Assembly: GCA_945639195.1 (NCBI GenBank)
Contig: CALZEE010000007.1
Location: forward strand, 87,210-151,209
Length of the DNA: 64,000 nt
Reading direction: 5' to 3'
From: an uncultured Ignatzschineria sp.
Lineage (GTDB): Bacteria > Pseudomonadota > Gammaproteobacteria > Cardiobacteriales > Wohlfahrtiimonadaceae
Shown: in pieces, positions 24,187-34,218 of the stretch
Numbering within the stretch: position 1 is the stretch's first letter
Layout: every line of letters starts with the position of its first letter
Program-made: the position numbers and the translations under genes
The notes under the pieces: model-generated
The model's database searches: none
The model's input: only the letters and a program-made list of their open reading frames with translations
Told to the model about the DNA's origin: nothing

Positions 24187-26508
24187 ATGTCAAAGATTGG
24201 TATGTATCAGCTGAAGCCATTAGCGTGTGTTGCTGTGCTTTTATTGTTGACTCCGCTGGCAGAAGGCACAAAATTATCAGAGGCTTCTTTTGATGCGGCA
24301 GACTTAGTAGGCTCGGAATCAGAAACGTTAACGCCGGTGAATATAGGGAATGTTATTGTTTATGGTGAGTTGACAGACCTTGTAGGAATGAATGCAGGCG
24401 TAGGGCAGGATATTGTTGGTAAAAGTACCTTAAATCAAGCGCAGATAGATCTTATTCAAGCGAGCAATATGGCATCGGTTTTAGATAAGATTCCTGGTGT
24501 TTCAATGTCTGGGAGTCCGAGACCTGGAGGGCAAACGATTAACATTCGCGGAATGAGTGAAAGTAAAAATGTCCCTATTACGGTAGATGGCGCGCTAAAA
24601 ACGTTTGATAAGTATCGTCAAGGTTCACTTTATGTCGATCCTGATTTAATTAAGCAGGTAACGGTTCAAAAAGGGGCTTTCAATCCTGAGGTTGGGAATA
24701 GTGGTTTTGGGGGAAGTGTGCAGTTGAAGACCAAGGATGCGACGGACTTTTTAAAGAAAGATCAGCAGATTGGTGCCTATTTGAAATATGGTTTTCATAC
24801 TAATAATCGTCAAAATAACTATGCCGGTGCAGTATATGCTCAGTCAAAAAATGAGAAAATTGACAGTCTTCTTTATGTTACGCAGACGAATTCACAAGAT
24901 ATTAAGCTTGCCGAGGGAGATCGTTATCGTGGCTCATCAATGGATCAGAAGAGTTATCTCTTTAAGACAAACTTGCATCTTTTTGAAGAGAGCAAGCTAA
25001 CTTTAACCTATGCCAATACCCATTTTAAAGGTTGGATGCCTTTTGCCGCGATGGGGGGAAATACGATTACCACAGACCCCAATAATGATTATGATTGGAA
25101 GCGCCGTATTTTTTATCGGGATCAGAGAGATCAAAATTATGGGGTAAACTTTGAATATGATCCTACTGATAATCCTTGGGTAAATTTCAAGGCAGATATC
25201 ACCCATTCAATTACAAAACAGCATGATGTAAAGATTAAGCCTAGAGAGGGAGAGAAAGCGCCGAGTATTACATTATCAACTTTCGGAGAGGAGAATTGGA
25301 CGACTTATAAAAATACCAATATACATTTGCGTAATAGTAGTACTTTCACGATGGGAGAAATGACTCATACTCTTACAATAGGCGCGCAATATTTGCGTAA
25401 ACAGCAAGATGCCTTAATGTTTTATAATAAGTTGTCTTATGGTACTGAAGCATTTAACTTCGGGTTATTTACGCCACCATTTCTCCCAGCAGGGAGGCAA
25501 ACTGTCGCGAGTATCTATATTAATGATGATATTCAGTTAGGTAATTTAACAATTAGCCCCTCTCTACGTTATGATCATGTTCGTAATAAAAGTTTTGGTA
25601 ATGTAGCAGGATATTCCTCCATAGATCCTCAAGATGGGCATGATTATCGTCCAGTAAGTTATAGAGGATTGTCTCCAAAATTATCACTTTATTGGCAACC
25701 AAATGATCATTGGGCATTATTTTCTGATTATGCCTATAGTTGGCAATCGCCAAGTATTGATGAGCAATATACCGTACAAGGAAAAGGGACTAATGGCCCC
25801 AATGGTACCAGTCGTTATTTGGGTAAAGAGAAGCTAAGAGCATTTAGAATAGGTGGGCTCTTAAATTTCTATGATCTTATTCAAGAGGATGATCAGCTTT
25901 CACTGCAAGTAACGGCCTTTCATAATCGTGTAAATCATGAGGTGATTCGTAAAATTGGGGCGATCTATTGTGAAGCACATAAAGTGACAGGTAGTGGTGC
26001 TAGTTGTGGAAAACCAATGGGGACATTTCATAATGGTCCGGGCTATACAATTCAAGGAATTGAGTTGGAAGCAAAATATGATAGTGAATACCTCTTTGGA
26101 AGCCTTTCCGCTAGCATGATGAAAGGTGAGCGAAAAGGTTCTCCAAGAGATTTGTGGTTTGAAAAAGATACATGGATGCGAGATATTCCTCCAAGAGAAA
26201 TTAGTGCGACGCTAGGATTTAATATTCCCAATATTAATCTGAGCGCTGGATGGCACGGAAAATTTGTTCGTAAACAAGATCGGTCACCTTTTAATGATGA
26301 TCCGAAAGCGGGTGCATTAAGTTATAAATTAACGCATGGATATGCAGTTCATGGACTCTTTATGAGTTATGCGCCCAGTGGGATTCACGGACCTCAAATT
26401 AATCTTACGATTGATAATCTCTTTAATAAGGCTTATGCCCCTTATTTGAATGATGGTGTAGAAGCGCCGGGGCGAGATATTCGATTGAGTGTTTCTTATC
26501 AATTTTAA
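24187..26508 (+). CDS. TonB-dependent outer-membrane receptor, probably for heme/hemoprotein given the adjacent hemO
   Basis: 773 aa. Signal peptide, plug-domain motif INIRGMSESKNVPITVDGA, C-terminal terminal Phe (SVSYQF). Confidence 0.85.
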   Translation: MSKIGMYQLKPLACVAVLLLLTPLAEGTKLSEASFDAADLVGSESETLTPVNIGNVIVYGELTDLVGMNAGVGQDIVGKSTLNQAQIDLIQASNMASVLDKIPGVSMSGSPRPGGQTINIRGMSESKNVPITVDGALKTFDKYRQGSLYVDPDLIKQVTVQKGAFNPEVGNSGFGGSVQLKTKDATDFLKKDQQIGAYLKYGFHTNNRQNNYAGAVYAQSKNEKIDSLLYVTQTNSQDIKLAEGDRYRGSSMDQKSYLFKTNLHLFEESKLTLTYANTHFKGWMPFAAMGGNTITTDPNNDYDWKRRIFYRDQRDQNYGVNFEYDPTDNPWVNFKADITHSITKQHDVKIKPREGEKAPSITLSTFGEENWTTYKNTNIHLRNSSTFTMGEMTHTLTIGAQYLRKQQDALMFYNKLSYGTEAFNFGLFTPPFLPAGRQTVASIYINDDIQLGNLTISPSLRYDHVRNKSFGNVAGYSSIDPQDGHDYRPVSYRGLSPKLSLYWQPNDHWALFSDYAYSWQSPSIDEQYTVQGKGTNGPNGTSRYLGKEKLRAFRIGGLLNFYDLIQEDDQLSLQVTAFHNRVNHEVIRKIGAIYCEAHKVTGSGASCGKPMGTFHNGPGYTIQGIELEAKYDSEYLFGSLSASMMKGERKGSPRDLWFEKDTWMRDIPPREISATLGFNIPNINLSAGWHGKFVRKQDRSPFNDDPKAGALSYKLTHGYAVHGLFMSYAPSGIHGPQINLTIDNLFNKAYAPYLNDGVEAPGRDIRLSVSYQF

Positions 26509-26543
26509 GGGATCAATAAGTATAAAGTTTGCGGCGTGAAGAG

Positions 26544-26572
26544 AGCTACAAGAGGATTCTTGTAGCTTTTTA
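26544..26572 (+). terminator. Rho-independent terminator after the receptor gene
   Basis: AGCTACAAG-AGGATT-CTTGTAGCT followed by TTTTT. Confidence 0.65.
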
Positions 26573-26702
26573 TATTTCGTATTGAAGCTTATAGAGCAAG
26601 AACGAATGATGTATTAATTCTGTTTTAAGAAGTTCTTGGGCTGAATAGTCAATAAAATATTGCGCATATTGCCTTTTTTATAAGTACTTAAAAGTAATGT
26701 AA

Positions 26703-26734
26703 ACGATTATCATTTGTATTTCTTTTATCATTGG
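26703..26734. promoter_or_regulatory. Candidate tandem Fur boxes upstream of hemO
   Basis: GATTATCATTTG and TTTTATCATTGG. The reverse complement AATGATAATCG matches the Fur consensus core. Confidence 0.45.
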
Positions 26735-26792
26735 AATACAATTCACAAATGTTTAACTTTCCATGACTGATATAGAAGATAGGAATCACGCT

Positions 26793-27386
26793 ATGCAACC
26801 CAATAATAGAGATCTTAATTTGTTAACCCATCGTTTAAAATTTGAAACAAATGATACGCATGACACCGTTGATAACTTAGTGATGTCAGTAAACCCATTC
26901 GCGAATGTGGGGAATTATGGTAAATTCTTGCAGTTGCAGGAGATTTTTCATAAAATTGTCGATGATATCTATGCGCGTGAAGATTTAAATGCAGCGATTC
27001 CAGGATTAGCAGAAACGGCGCGTCATGCAGCGGTTTTAGCAGACATGGCGGATTTGAATGTCGAGAAGTTTGAAATCGATGCATTGCCGGCATTAAAGCC
27101 AGAAGAAGCGATCGGTTGGCTCTATTGTGCTGAGGGTTCCAATTTGGGCGCAGCATTCTTATATAAAGAAGTGAACAAGATTGATTTAGATAATAATCGT
27201 GGGGCGCGTCATTTGGCTGCACACTCAGATGGAAGAGGAAAGCATTGGCGTGCATTCTCTGAAAAACTTAATGCCATGGAGCTCGATGAGGCGGTAAGAC
27301 AAGCGGCAGTAAACGGTACCAAAGAAGCATTTAACTATTACAAGAAACTCTTACGTACGATTTTCGAATTACCAGAAGCAGCTTAA
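26793..27386 (+). CDS. hemO: Heme oxygenase of the HemO/PigA type
   Basis: Strong match to Neisseria HemO: HDTVDNLVMS, NYGKFLQLQEIFHK, IGWLYCAEGSNLGAAFLYK, GARHLAAHSDGRGKHWRAF. RBS AGGAAT precedes the ATG at 26793. The listed ORF start at 26763 lacks an RBS. Confidence 0.85.
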   Translation: MQPNNRDLNLLTHRLKFETNDTHDTVDNLVMSVNPFANVGNYGKFLQLQEIFHKIVDDIYAREDLNAAIPGLAETARHAAVLADMADLNVEKFEIDALPALKPEEAIGWLYCAEGSNLGAAFLYKEVNKIDLDNNRGARHLAAHSDGRGKHWRAFSEKLNAMELDEAVRQAAVNGTKEAFNYYKKLLRTIFELPEAA

Positions 27387-27390
27387 TTTA

Positions 27391-27792
27391 ATGACAACAA
27401 TTACTCGTCTATTTTTCATGATTGCCGGTGCAATATCCCTCTTTTTGGGGATATTAGGGATCTTCTTGCCACTATTGCCGACAACACCTTTTGTACTTTT
27501 GACAGCACTTTGCTGGGCAAAGAGTTCACCACGTTTTCATGCATGGCTTTTAGCGCATAAATTCTTTGGACCGATTGTTAATAACTGGGAGAAGGGGCGA
27601 GTAATTCCATTTAAAATGAAATTGCTTTCCACCGTAATGATGAATGGGGCAATCTTCACCACTGTCTTCACGCTTCCTGCGGATAAATGGTGGTTGAAAA
27701 TTATTATGGCGTGTATCAGTATTGGTACGACAATTTGGATCTGGTCATTCCCGCATACAATGCCGGAAGAGCATCTTGAAACAGCTGAGTAG
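27391..27792 (+). CDS. ybaN: DUF454 inner-membrane protein YbaN
   Basis: 133 aa with 3-4 TM segments. LGILGIFLPLLPTTPFVLLTALCWAKSS is typical of YbaN. Confidence 0.7.
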   Translation: MTTITRLFFMIAGAISLFLGILGIFLPLLPTTPFVLLTALCWAKSSPRFHAWLLAHKFFGPIVNNWEKGRVIPFKMKLLSTVMMNGAIFTTVFTLPADKWWLKIIMACISIGTTIWIWSFPHTMPEEHLETAE

Positions 27793-27851
27793 TTGTGAGT
27801 TATCCATTGTCTGCTTTTATATTGATGATTATCTCGGCTGAATGCTGCATA

Positions 27852-28799
27852 TTATTGAGAGACTGTGGGTGACGCTTTTACCGAAAGCTGTGACTTAATC
27901 TCGCTAGGCGATATAAGAATGGCCTCTAATGCATCGATCGTTTTCGATTCAAGCATGATCGATGCGTTAAGATCAAAGATATTTTTAAAGCTATTTTCTT
28001 CATTACTGAGGGTGATTTCTGAGAGCATTAAGGTCTGTTGCTCTCTCTTAGGTGCCTTTGTAGGTAAGTGCTGTGTGACGCCACTATTAATAATTTTAAG
28101 ACGATTTTTGCGGTAGCTTAAGGTTTCTGTAAGCCTCAATTGCTGGCGCCAAAGCGGGATAATCTCGTGGATAATGAGATTGATCTCCGTGAGATAACGA
28201 GAGATAGATGCGATAGATTGCTGTAGCTGGAGATCATGTAGCATTAGGGCATGCAGATTTGTTTTTAAGAGCACCGCGTAAGATTGGGCAGATTGTTGAG
28301 TCATTTTTGCCGGGCATGAGAGATCCTCTTTGACGGCTGATGACTGATGATTTAGAAGGCGATTTATTTGAAATTTTAGTTGGATGATTTTTTCTGATAA
28401 TGCGCTTAATTCTGATATTTTTTGTGCAATCTGCACACTTTGTGCATTTAAGAGATTATTGAGACGCTCAATTTTCTCCAAAATCTTTAAGTGACGCTGA
28501 TGTAAAGAAGTGATTGGACTAAAATAAATTCCAATAATGGGTAATTGATAGAGCCATCTTTTTAGAGGGCTATAAGGATTGGGCAGACTTTTAAGATCAC
28601 TTAAGGCCGCTTTAATCTCAACAGAGAGATCAAAGGGTCTAAAGGTATTTACAATACGTAAAGAGTCGCTCATTAAGCTCCCAGTAGCCTGTAATAAGAT
28701 TTGGGCTTCTTCTTGAATGTGAGTTTGTGCCAACTGTGGGGAGATTTCTGCCCGAGTACAGCTGTCATTTGCTTGAAGCGATTCTTTTGTATTTTTCAT
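27852..28799 (-). CDS. Gln/Leu-rich coiled-coil protein, 315 aa, unknown function. Co-operonic partner of the giant ATPase.
   Basis: RBS AGGAAT 8 nt upstream. Starts 45 bp after the stop of the 1644-aa gene. Long heptad-like segments such as LNAQSVQIAQKISELSALSEKIIQLKFQINRLL. No TM segment. Confidence 0.5.
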   Translation of the reverse strand: MKNTKESLQANDSCTRAEISPQLAQTHIQEEAQILLQATGSLMSDSLRIVNTFRPFDLSVEIKAALSDLKSLPNPYSPLKRWLYQLPIIGIYFSPITSLHQRHLKILEKIERLNNLLNAQSVQIAQKISELSALSEKIIQLKFQINRLLNHQSSAVKEDLSCPAKMTQQSAQSYAVLLKTNLHALMLHDLQLQQSIASISRYLTEINLIIHEIIPLWRQQLRLTETLSYRKNRLKIINSGVTQHLPTKAPKREQQTLMLSEITLSNEENSFKNIFDLNASIMLESKTIDALEAILISPSEIKSQLSVKASPTVSQ

Positions 28800-28844
28800 A
28801 AAAGATCATTCCTATGTTTTACTTTCGTGATGCCTATAAATATT

Positions 28845-31800
28845 TTATTCCTTTGATTTATTAGATGTTTGGGAAAGAGAAAACTGCTGCCCAATATTGG
28901 TAATCGCTTGGCCAATATCGCTAAGACCGCTTCGCATGCCGATAAGTTGGCTGGCAATTTGCATCTGCGGATCATCTTCACTGCCGAGTTCAGCATTGCG
29001 AGAGAAGCGTTTTTTAATCTCATTCCAGCGGATCTTATCTTCCTCAGTAAGCGTATTTCTGAGTTCTTTTAGTTTTAAGAGATTTTCTTCAGCGCCAGTC
29101 GTCAGCGTTTGAGCTTCTCCAATATAGTGATCATCAATTAAGACTTGTAGCTCAGATTCTGTCATCGCAGAGACCACTTTTTCTGTGAGTTTATTCATAT
29201 CTCGATAAGAACCTTGTAGTAAAAACGGCGGCTCTGTACGGTAATGATCGGCGGTTGCTGCCGAAATAATATATTGCTGATTCACTAGCAGTAAGATCTC
29301 TTGTACTTTTAGAAGATGTTTTAAAATGCCGGCAATTTCATTAATCTCTAAGGTAGAGTAGGGATATTCCAGATCATTGGCATTAATTTTGTGACCTTTG
29401 GCTTCCTCAACTAAAAGATAGAGATCCTCAAGATTCCGAGTGGCAAGCGGTGCTAAAATCGTGTTAGAGGTTAATGCATTTTCAATATAAGAGAGCTCAA
29501 ATGCCGCTCTTTGATCTGATAGCATATCGCCAAGGTTGTAAATATCTGCACGGTTCGCCAGCATATCCGGCACTTTGAAGGATTCGCCCGATTCTGTATA
29601 AGGGTTCCCAGCCATGATAATGGAGAATTTTTTGCCGCGCATGTCATAGGTTTTAGGAACTCCATTCCAAACGCCATCAATACGTCTTGTACCGTCCGAG
29701 AGTGAGATGAATTTTTGTAAAAACTCCGGATTGGTATGCTGGATGTCATCTAGATAGAGCATCACATTACTACCCATTTCAAGCCCAAAGTTGAGTTTTT
29801 CAATCTCTTTTGCAGCGGTCGCATTTGGCGCATCAGCAGGATCTAAAGAGGTTACTGTATGCCCAAGAGAAGGGCAGTTAATCTTCACAAACACAAGGCC
29901 CATTTTACTGGCGATATATTCAACGAGTGTTGTTTTACCATAACCAGGCGGGGAGATTAAGAGCAGCAATCCCATTAAGTCTGTTCGTTTTTGATCTCCG
30001 AGAGTTCCCATCTGCTTGGCAAAGTTTGCCCCAAAAAGTTGTAGATAAGAGTCTGTGATAAGTTTATTGCGAACAAAAGAGGTTAAGGGGCGTGCTTTGA
30101 GCTCATCGATATTAATCTTCTCTTTCATCGATTCGATCAATTGGTTTCTAGCCTGAAGATATTGCGTATAGTTGGGATAAACAACGGTTTCATGAAGCAG
30201 TCCTCTGAGTAAGAAATCATCCAATGTTCCTGTAAGAGTGCCGGCATTCAGCGTTTCGTGTTGTCCTAATAAACCTGTAACATGATATTTTAGTGAGAAT
30301 TGGCTCTGTTGGAATTGATACGCTTTAAGGCCATTTAGCGTCATAATTCCTGCGCTCTCTTCGATAAATTCTAAAGGCATATCACGATGCTTACAGTAAG
30401 CGGTGAGCCAAGTAATATGTCTTTGATAGCGATCAACAGGGGATAAAGTTTCTTCCTTAAATCCAAGAGACTCCCTAAAAATTTGATACTCACGCGCGAG
30501 TTCATTGGCTTCTCGAGAAACTAAGATCGGAGATTTCAGCCCTAAGATTGCCGTGATATATTCCGTCATTTGTGCGACTAATGCCGGCGATAAATGGGCA
30601 TTCCAAGCAAAAATACGCGCTTCCCAGCCCGCTCTTTCATGTGTTAGCGCATCATTTTCACCAAACTCTTGGTAGAGAAGGCGCGCATCAACGGCATTAT
30701 CGCTAAGAGGCAAGAGAGTATCCTCATCAATTTCAAAGAGCATGATTAAAGCGAGCATTCGTGCGTTTTGACTGAGTCTGAGTAAGCCGGCATCTTCGTA
30801 GATAGGTAATATTTGATCAAGAAGCTTGCTCGTATCATGATCATGAACCCCTCGAAGATACCCTTCACGATATTTCGTAGCGCTATATTTGGTGACTAAA
30901 TCATGTAGGGATTTCTCTTTTTGCGAGGCTAATAGACGGCTCAGAGTAAGTTTACCGGTTACCTCATCAGGCGTTTCTTGTTTTAAGGCGCTACTGATGA
31001 TTGAGTAGGCTAAAAATTCACTGCGGTAAAGATCCGGACTTTCAGAAGGAATCTCTAATGAAGCGTACTCTTCAAGCGCTAAGAAATCCGAATCTTGAAC
31101 GGTCTCATAAAACTCTGTTCCTGTAATATGGAACGCTGTTTTATTATGGTGCTCTGAGAGTGTGAGATCAAAAGCTTGCTGATTAACAGAGAATCTATGG
31201 CGACCAAGCTTAATGACTGCGCCATTTTCTTCAAAGATATCCTGATTATCACGAAGAGAGCGAAGTGATTGATCTTGTAGGCTTTTAAGTTTTGCCTCTA
31301 TGCCATCTGCTCTGACACTATCTTTCAGGGTGCGGATATTTTTAGCAAGTTCTCGCACCTTCATGACCATCGGATCGCTAATAAAATAGCTATTTAAAGC
31401 ATCGATTGATTCGAAACGTTGGACGCGGTTTTCGATACTTTTTAATGAAATATCGGCAGCTTTGGAGATATTATCAATCCGGCGTTGATACTGGCTAAGC
31501 TGATCTTTTTTATAGTTTTCGAAGACGGTGACAATTTCATTACGTTTTGCGTAAATCTCACTTAAGAATTGATCAAATTCTGCAAAGCGGCTCTCTAGTT
31601 TTTCCACCATCCCCATAATTCTTGCCTGTTGAAGGTCTGCATCTTCCGGCGTTTGAATCTGCGAGAGTGCAGTTTCCATTGATTGGGTGAGGAGTTTAAA
31701 CTGTGAGGAGAATTCCGCCTCAGCTTCTACGGAGCGAATGGATTTCTGCTGGTTACTTAATGTGGCTAACAGCGCATTTAAGCGAGAGATAACATTGGTC

Positions 31801-33779
31801 GTCAGGTCAATAATACGGGTTGTTTTTGTAGGATCATCTGTCTCAATGGTGGAAACCTCCTCATTGACCAACATTAAATCATCACGAATCATGGCCGCTT
31901 CTTCTTCAAGCTTTGCCAAATCAACGCTACGCTCACTGTTTTCTAGTGCCTGATAGATCGCATCAATACGCGTCATAAATGGGGTAAAAGCCGCCTCATC
32001 TTGAAGGAGATCGACAAGATGTTGATTTAGAATGGCTTGCTCTTTTGTCAGGGCATTTTCAAATTCTTTTAATGCTTCTTGATCAATATAACGCTCTTGG
32101 CGAAGGCTCATTAATGCGCCCATAAGACGTTTTAGCTCAGAAAGTAGCGTGATAAAATCCGCTGCATTATCGCTAGTGGTGGTTTTGATCTTTGTAATCA
32201 ATGCATATTGTTTTTCTTCAAAAGCTTTAAGTCTTTCCTCACTCGTAGCTTTGAGAGATTGATACTTTGCAAACTCATCAATGATATCGCCGGCAGTGGT
32301 AACAATTTCAGTAATTTTGGTTTTAATGCCGGATGCATTGGCATCATTGATCCAATAGTAGAGATCTGTAGTGCGGGTACAATAGTTGATCAATGCTTCA
32401 AAGAGGCTCTTTGTTGATTCTTGTGAGTGCGTATATTGAACAATGGTATTAAGGTCTGAGATCCCGCGGACAAGATCGGCATTTCCATTATTCCGATAAA
32501 ATTGGGGAATATCCGATGTTGATTGCTGTTCATATTGCTCTTTTGAGAGATAAGGCGTTTGCCAAATGCGCATAGGATGGACGCGAGAGGATTCCTGATT
32601 ATCACTATGACGGAACATAATGAGCTTACCATCATCAAAGCGGGAGAACCCATGATTATAGATTGGGGTCGCCACATCTTTCTCTATAAGGCTGTATGAG
32701 TAGAGAAGGTAGGCACCTTCATTGCGATCATAAAAGACATACAGAACATCTTCGCCATTAGGAGAGTGAACAATATGGCTAAAGTGAAGATCATCTTGGT
32801 GTTCATTAAAGAGACGTGTCTCTCCACTTGCAAGCGCATATCCATTGGAGAAGATTAAACCATGATCTTCAGGTAAAAGCTTACAAGCATGGCCCAGTGC
32901 ATCCAGACGAATCACCTGTTCTGTCAGGCGATTGAAGAGGAGATAACGGAACGCTTTTTCTCGATGTGGTCGAATTTTTAAGAGAATAAACTCTGAAATT
33001 TGCGCATAGCTAATGTCCGCATCTGAGAGTAACTGGTGTTGATCCATAACGGCTTCACTATAGATGCCGAGTCCCGTTTCTGTATTATTTTCAATCTTTA
33101 CAGTAAGATCACCCCCGACAGTTTCTACAAAGAGCGTATCAAGAATGTTGATATGGGGATGAATACCGGCAATATGATCCGAGCGCGAAGTTTCTATCCA
33201 AGAGATATCCGATTGCGATTCATTATAGATATCATGATGACCTTGATCATCGAGGTAGCGAACGGTTTGATGCGCGCCAATTTCAAAGCGAAATACTTTA
33301 AGATCGGTAATAAACTGTCCAATTTGGAAAGCGATATAGATTCGATGAGCATCACTTTTGACTTTAACGAGCTTCGCTTCTTTATAGTAAGTAAAGAGCT
33401 CTGTGAAGGATTGCTTAAAACGTGGATCTTGAAGGAATGATTCTTCAGAAGAGATCGCTTCAATGCTATATTCGCCCGCTTTTTCTTGCATCTTATAGAG
33501 CAGCAGCATATCGCTTATCTCGGGCGTTTGTTTGAGCCCTAAGGTGACGTCATAACCCATGAGGATAAGATCATTCACTTTGGCGATATCGATAGGCGTA
33601 CAGCGATTTTCAGTATGAACATTGACCTTGGCAATCACCTCGTTTTGGCTCTTACCAAAAATCTGTGTGCGTTGCTCATTAAAATTGCCGACTAAAGTCG
33701 CGAGCTCAGTTCCTTGTTGGCTGAGTCTATTTTTTAAAACATCGTAGTTACCACTGCTGTTTTTTTCAATTGTTTCCAT
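28845..33779 (-). CDS. Giant 1644-aa protein. A MoxR/AAA_5-type P-loop ATPase module sits around residues 1265-1400. The N-terminal roughly 1250 aa, which include a long coiled-coil/helical stretch, are uncharacterised.
   Basis: Walker A LLLISPPGYGKTTLVEYIA at nt 29925-29970. Walker B NVMLYLDDIQHTNPEF at about nt 29740-29770. Sensor region IIMAGNPYTESGESFKVPDMLANRADIY. Single uninterrupted ORF with a plausible RBS. Confidence 0.7.
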   Translation of the reverse strand: METIEKNSSGNYDVLKNRLSQQGTELATLVGNFNEQRTQIFGKSQNEVIAKVNVHTENRCTPIDIAKVNDLILMGYDVTLGLKQTPEISDMLLLYKMQEKAGEYSIEAISSEESFLQDPRFKQSFTELFTYYKEAKLVKVKSDAHRIYIAFQIGQFITDLKVFRFEIGAHQTVRYLDDQGHHDIYNESQSDISWIETSRSDHIAGIHPHINILDTLFVETVGGDLTVKIENNTETGLGIYSEAVMDQHQLLSDADISYAQISEFILLKIRPHREKAFRYLLFNRLTEQVIRLDALGHACKLLPEDHGLIFSNGYALASGETRLFNEHQDDLHFSHIVHSPNGEDVLYVFYDRNEGAYLLYSYSLIEKDVATPIYNHGFSRFDDGKLIMFRHSDNQESSRVHPMRIWQTPYLSKEQYEQQSTSDIPQFYRNNGNADLVRGISDLNTIVQYTHSQESTKSLFEALINYCTRTTDLYYWINDANASGIKTKITEIVTTAGDIIDEFAKYQSLKATSEERLKAFEEKQYALITKIKTTTSDNAADFITLLSELKRLMGALMSLRQERYIDQEALKEFENALTKEQAILNQHLVDLLQDEAAFTPFMTRIDAIYQALENSERSVDLAKLEEEAAMIRDDLMLVNEEVSTIETDDPTKTTRIIDLTTNVISRLNALLATLSNQQKSIRSVEAEAEFSSQFKLLTQSMETALSQIQTPEDADLQQARIMGMVEKLESRFAEFDQFLSEIYAKRNEIVTVFENYKKDQLSQYQRRIDNISKAADISLKSIENRVQRFESIDALNSYFISDPMVMKVRELAKNIRTLKDSVRADGIEAKLKSLQDQSLRSLRDNQDIFEENGAVIKLGRHRFSVNQQAFDLTLSEHHNKTAFHITGTEFYETVQDSDFLALEEYASLEIPSESPDLYRSEFLAYSIISSALKQETPDEVTGKLTLSRLLASQKEKSLHDLVTKYSATKYREGYLRGVHDHDTSKLLDQILPIYEDAGLLRLSQNARMLALIMLFEIDEDTLLPLSDNAVDARLLYQEFGENDALTHERAGWEARIFAWNAHLSPALVAQMTEYITAILGLKSPILVSREANELAREYQIFRESLGFKEETLSPVDRYQRHITWLTAYCKHRDMPLEFIEESAGIMTLNGLKAYQFQQSQFSLKYHVTGLLGQHETLNAGTLTGTLDDFLLRGLLHETVVYPNYTQYLQARNQLIESMKEKINIDELKARPLTSFVRNKLITDSYLQLFGANFAKQMGTLGDQKRTDLMGLLLLISPPGYGKTTLVEYIASKMGLVFVKINCPSLGHTVTSLDPADAPNATAAKEIEKLNFGLEMGSNVMLYLDDIQHTNPEFLQKFISLSDGTRRIDGVWNGVPKTYDMRGKKFSIIMAGNPYTESGESFKVPDMLANRADIYNLGDMLSDQRAAFELSYIENALTSNTILAPLATRNLEDLYLLVEEAKGHKINANDLEYPYSTLEINEIAGILKHLLKVQEILLLVNQQYIISAATADHYRTEPPFLLQGSYRDMNKLTEKVVSAMTESELQVLIDDHYIGEAQTLTTGAEENLLKLKELRNTLTEEDKIRWNEIKKRFSRNAELGSEDDPQMQIASQLIGMRSGLSDIGQAITNIGQQFSLSQTSNKSKE

Positions 33780-34183
33780 ATTGTTCTACTCTTTATATCT
33801 ATCAAGGGGCAGGGTGATGGAGAGACTGATAGTGAATCTCATGGCTAAATGATCATCGACAGAGGGATTGAATCAGTCTTTAAAGCCGCCCACTAAAGTG
33901 TTTGTATGTATAAGATGACAAGAATTGATTAACGATCAGCACGCGGCTGTTTGGCGCAGTGCGATTAAAGATCATCAAAGCACTCAGACGAGAGGGATTT
34001 TGATGAATAGCAAAAAGAGTGATGATGGTTAATAAATCATTGTTAGATAATGGTTGAAAATAATGGTTAAAAAGTAGCTAAATGATAGATGAAGAATATT
34101 TAAGTATTTTGTTATGTATGACGCTATTTCTAATGAAAGATCTAGTGCATCACCTAATACAATACCTAATACCTAAGGCAAGA

Positions 34184-34218
34184 CCGATAGCGACTTTATC
34201 AATACAGGTCGCTATCGG
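34184..34218 (-). other. Perfect 11-bp-stem hairpin about 70 nt downstream of the flotillin stop. It lacks a U-tract.
   Basis: CCGATAGCGAC-13 nt-GTCGCTATCGG. On the minus strand the following bases are GTCTTGCCTTAGG. Confidence 0.5.
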
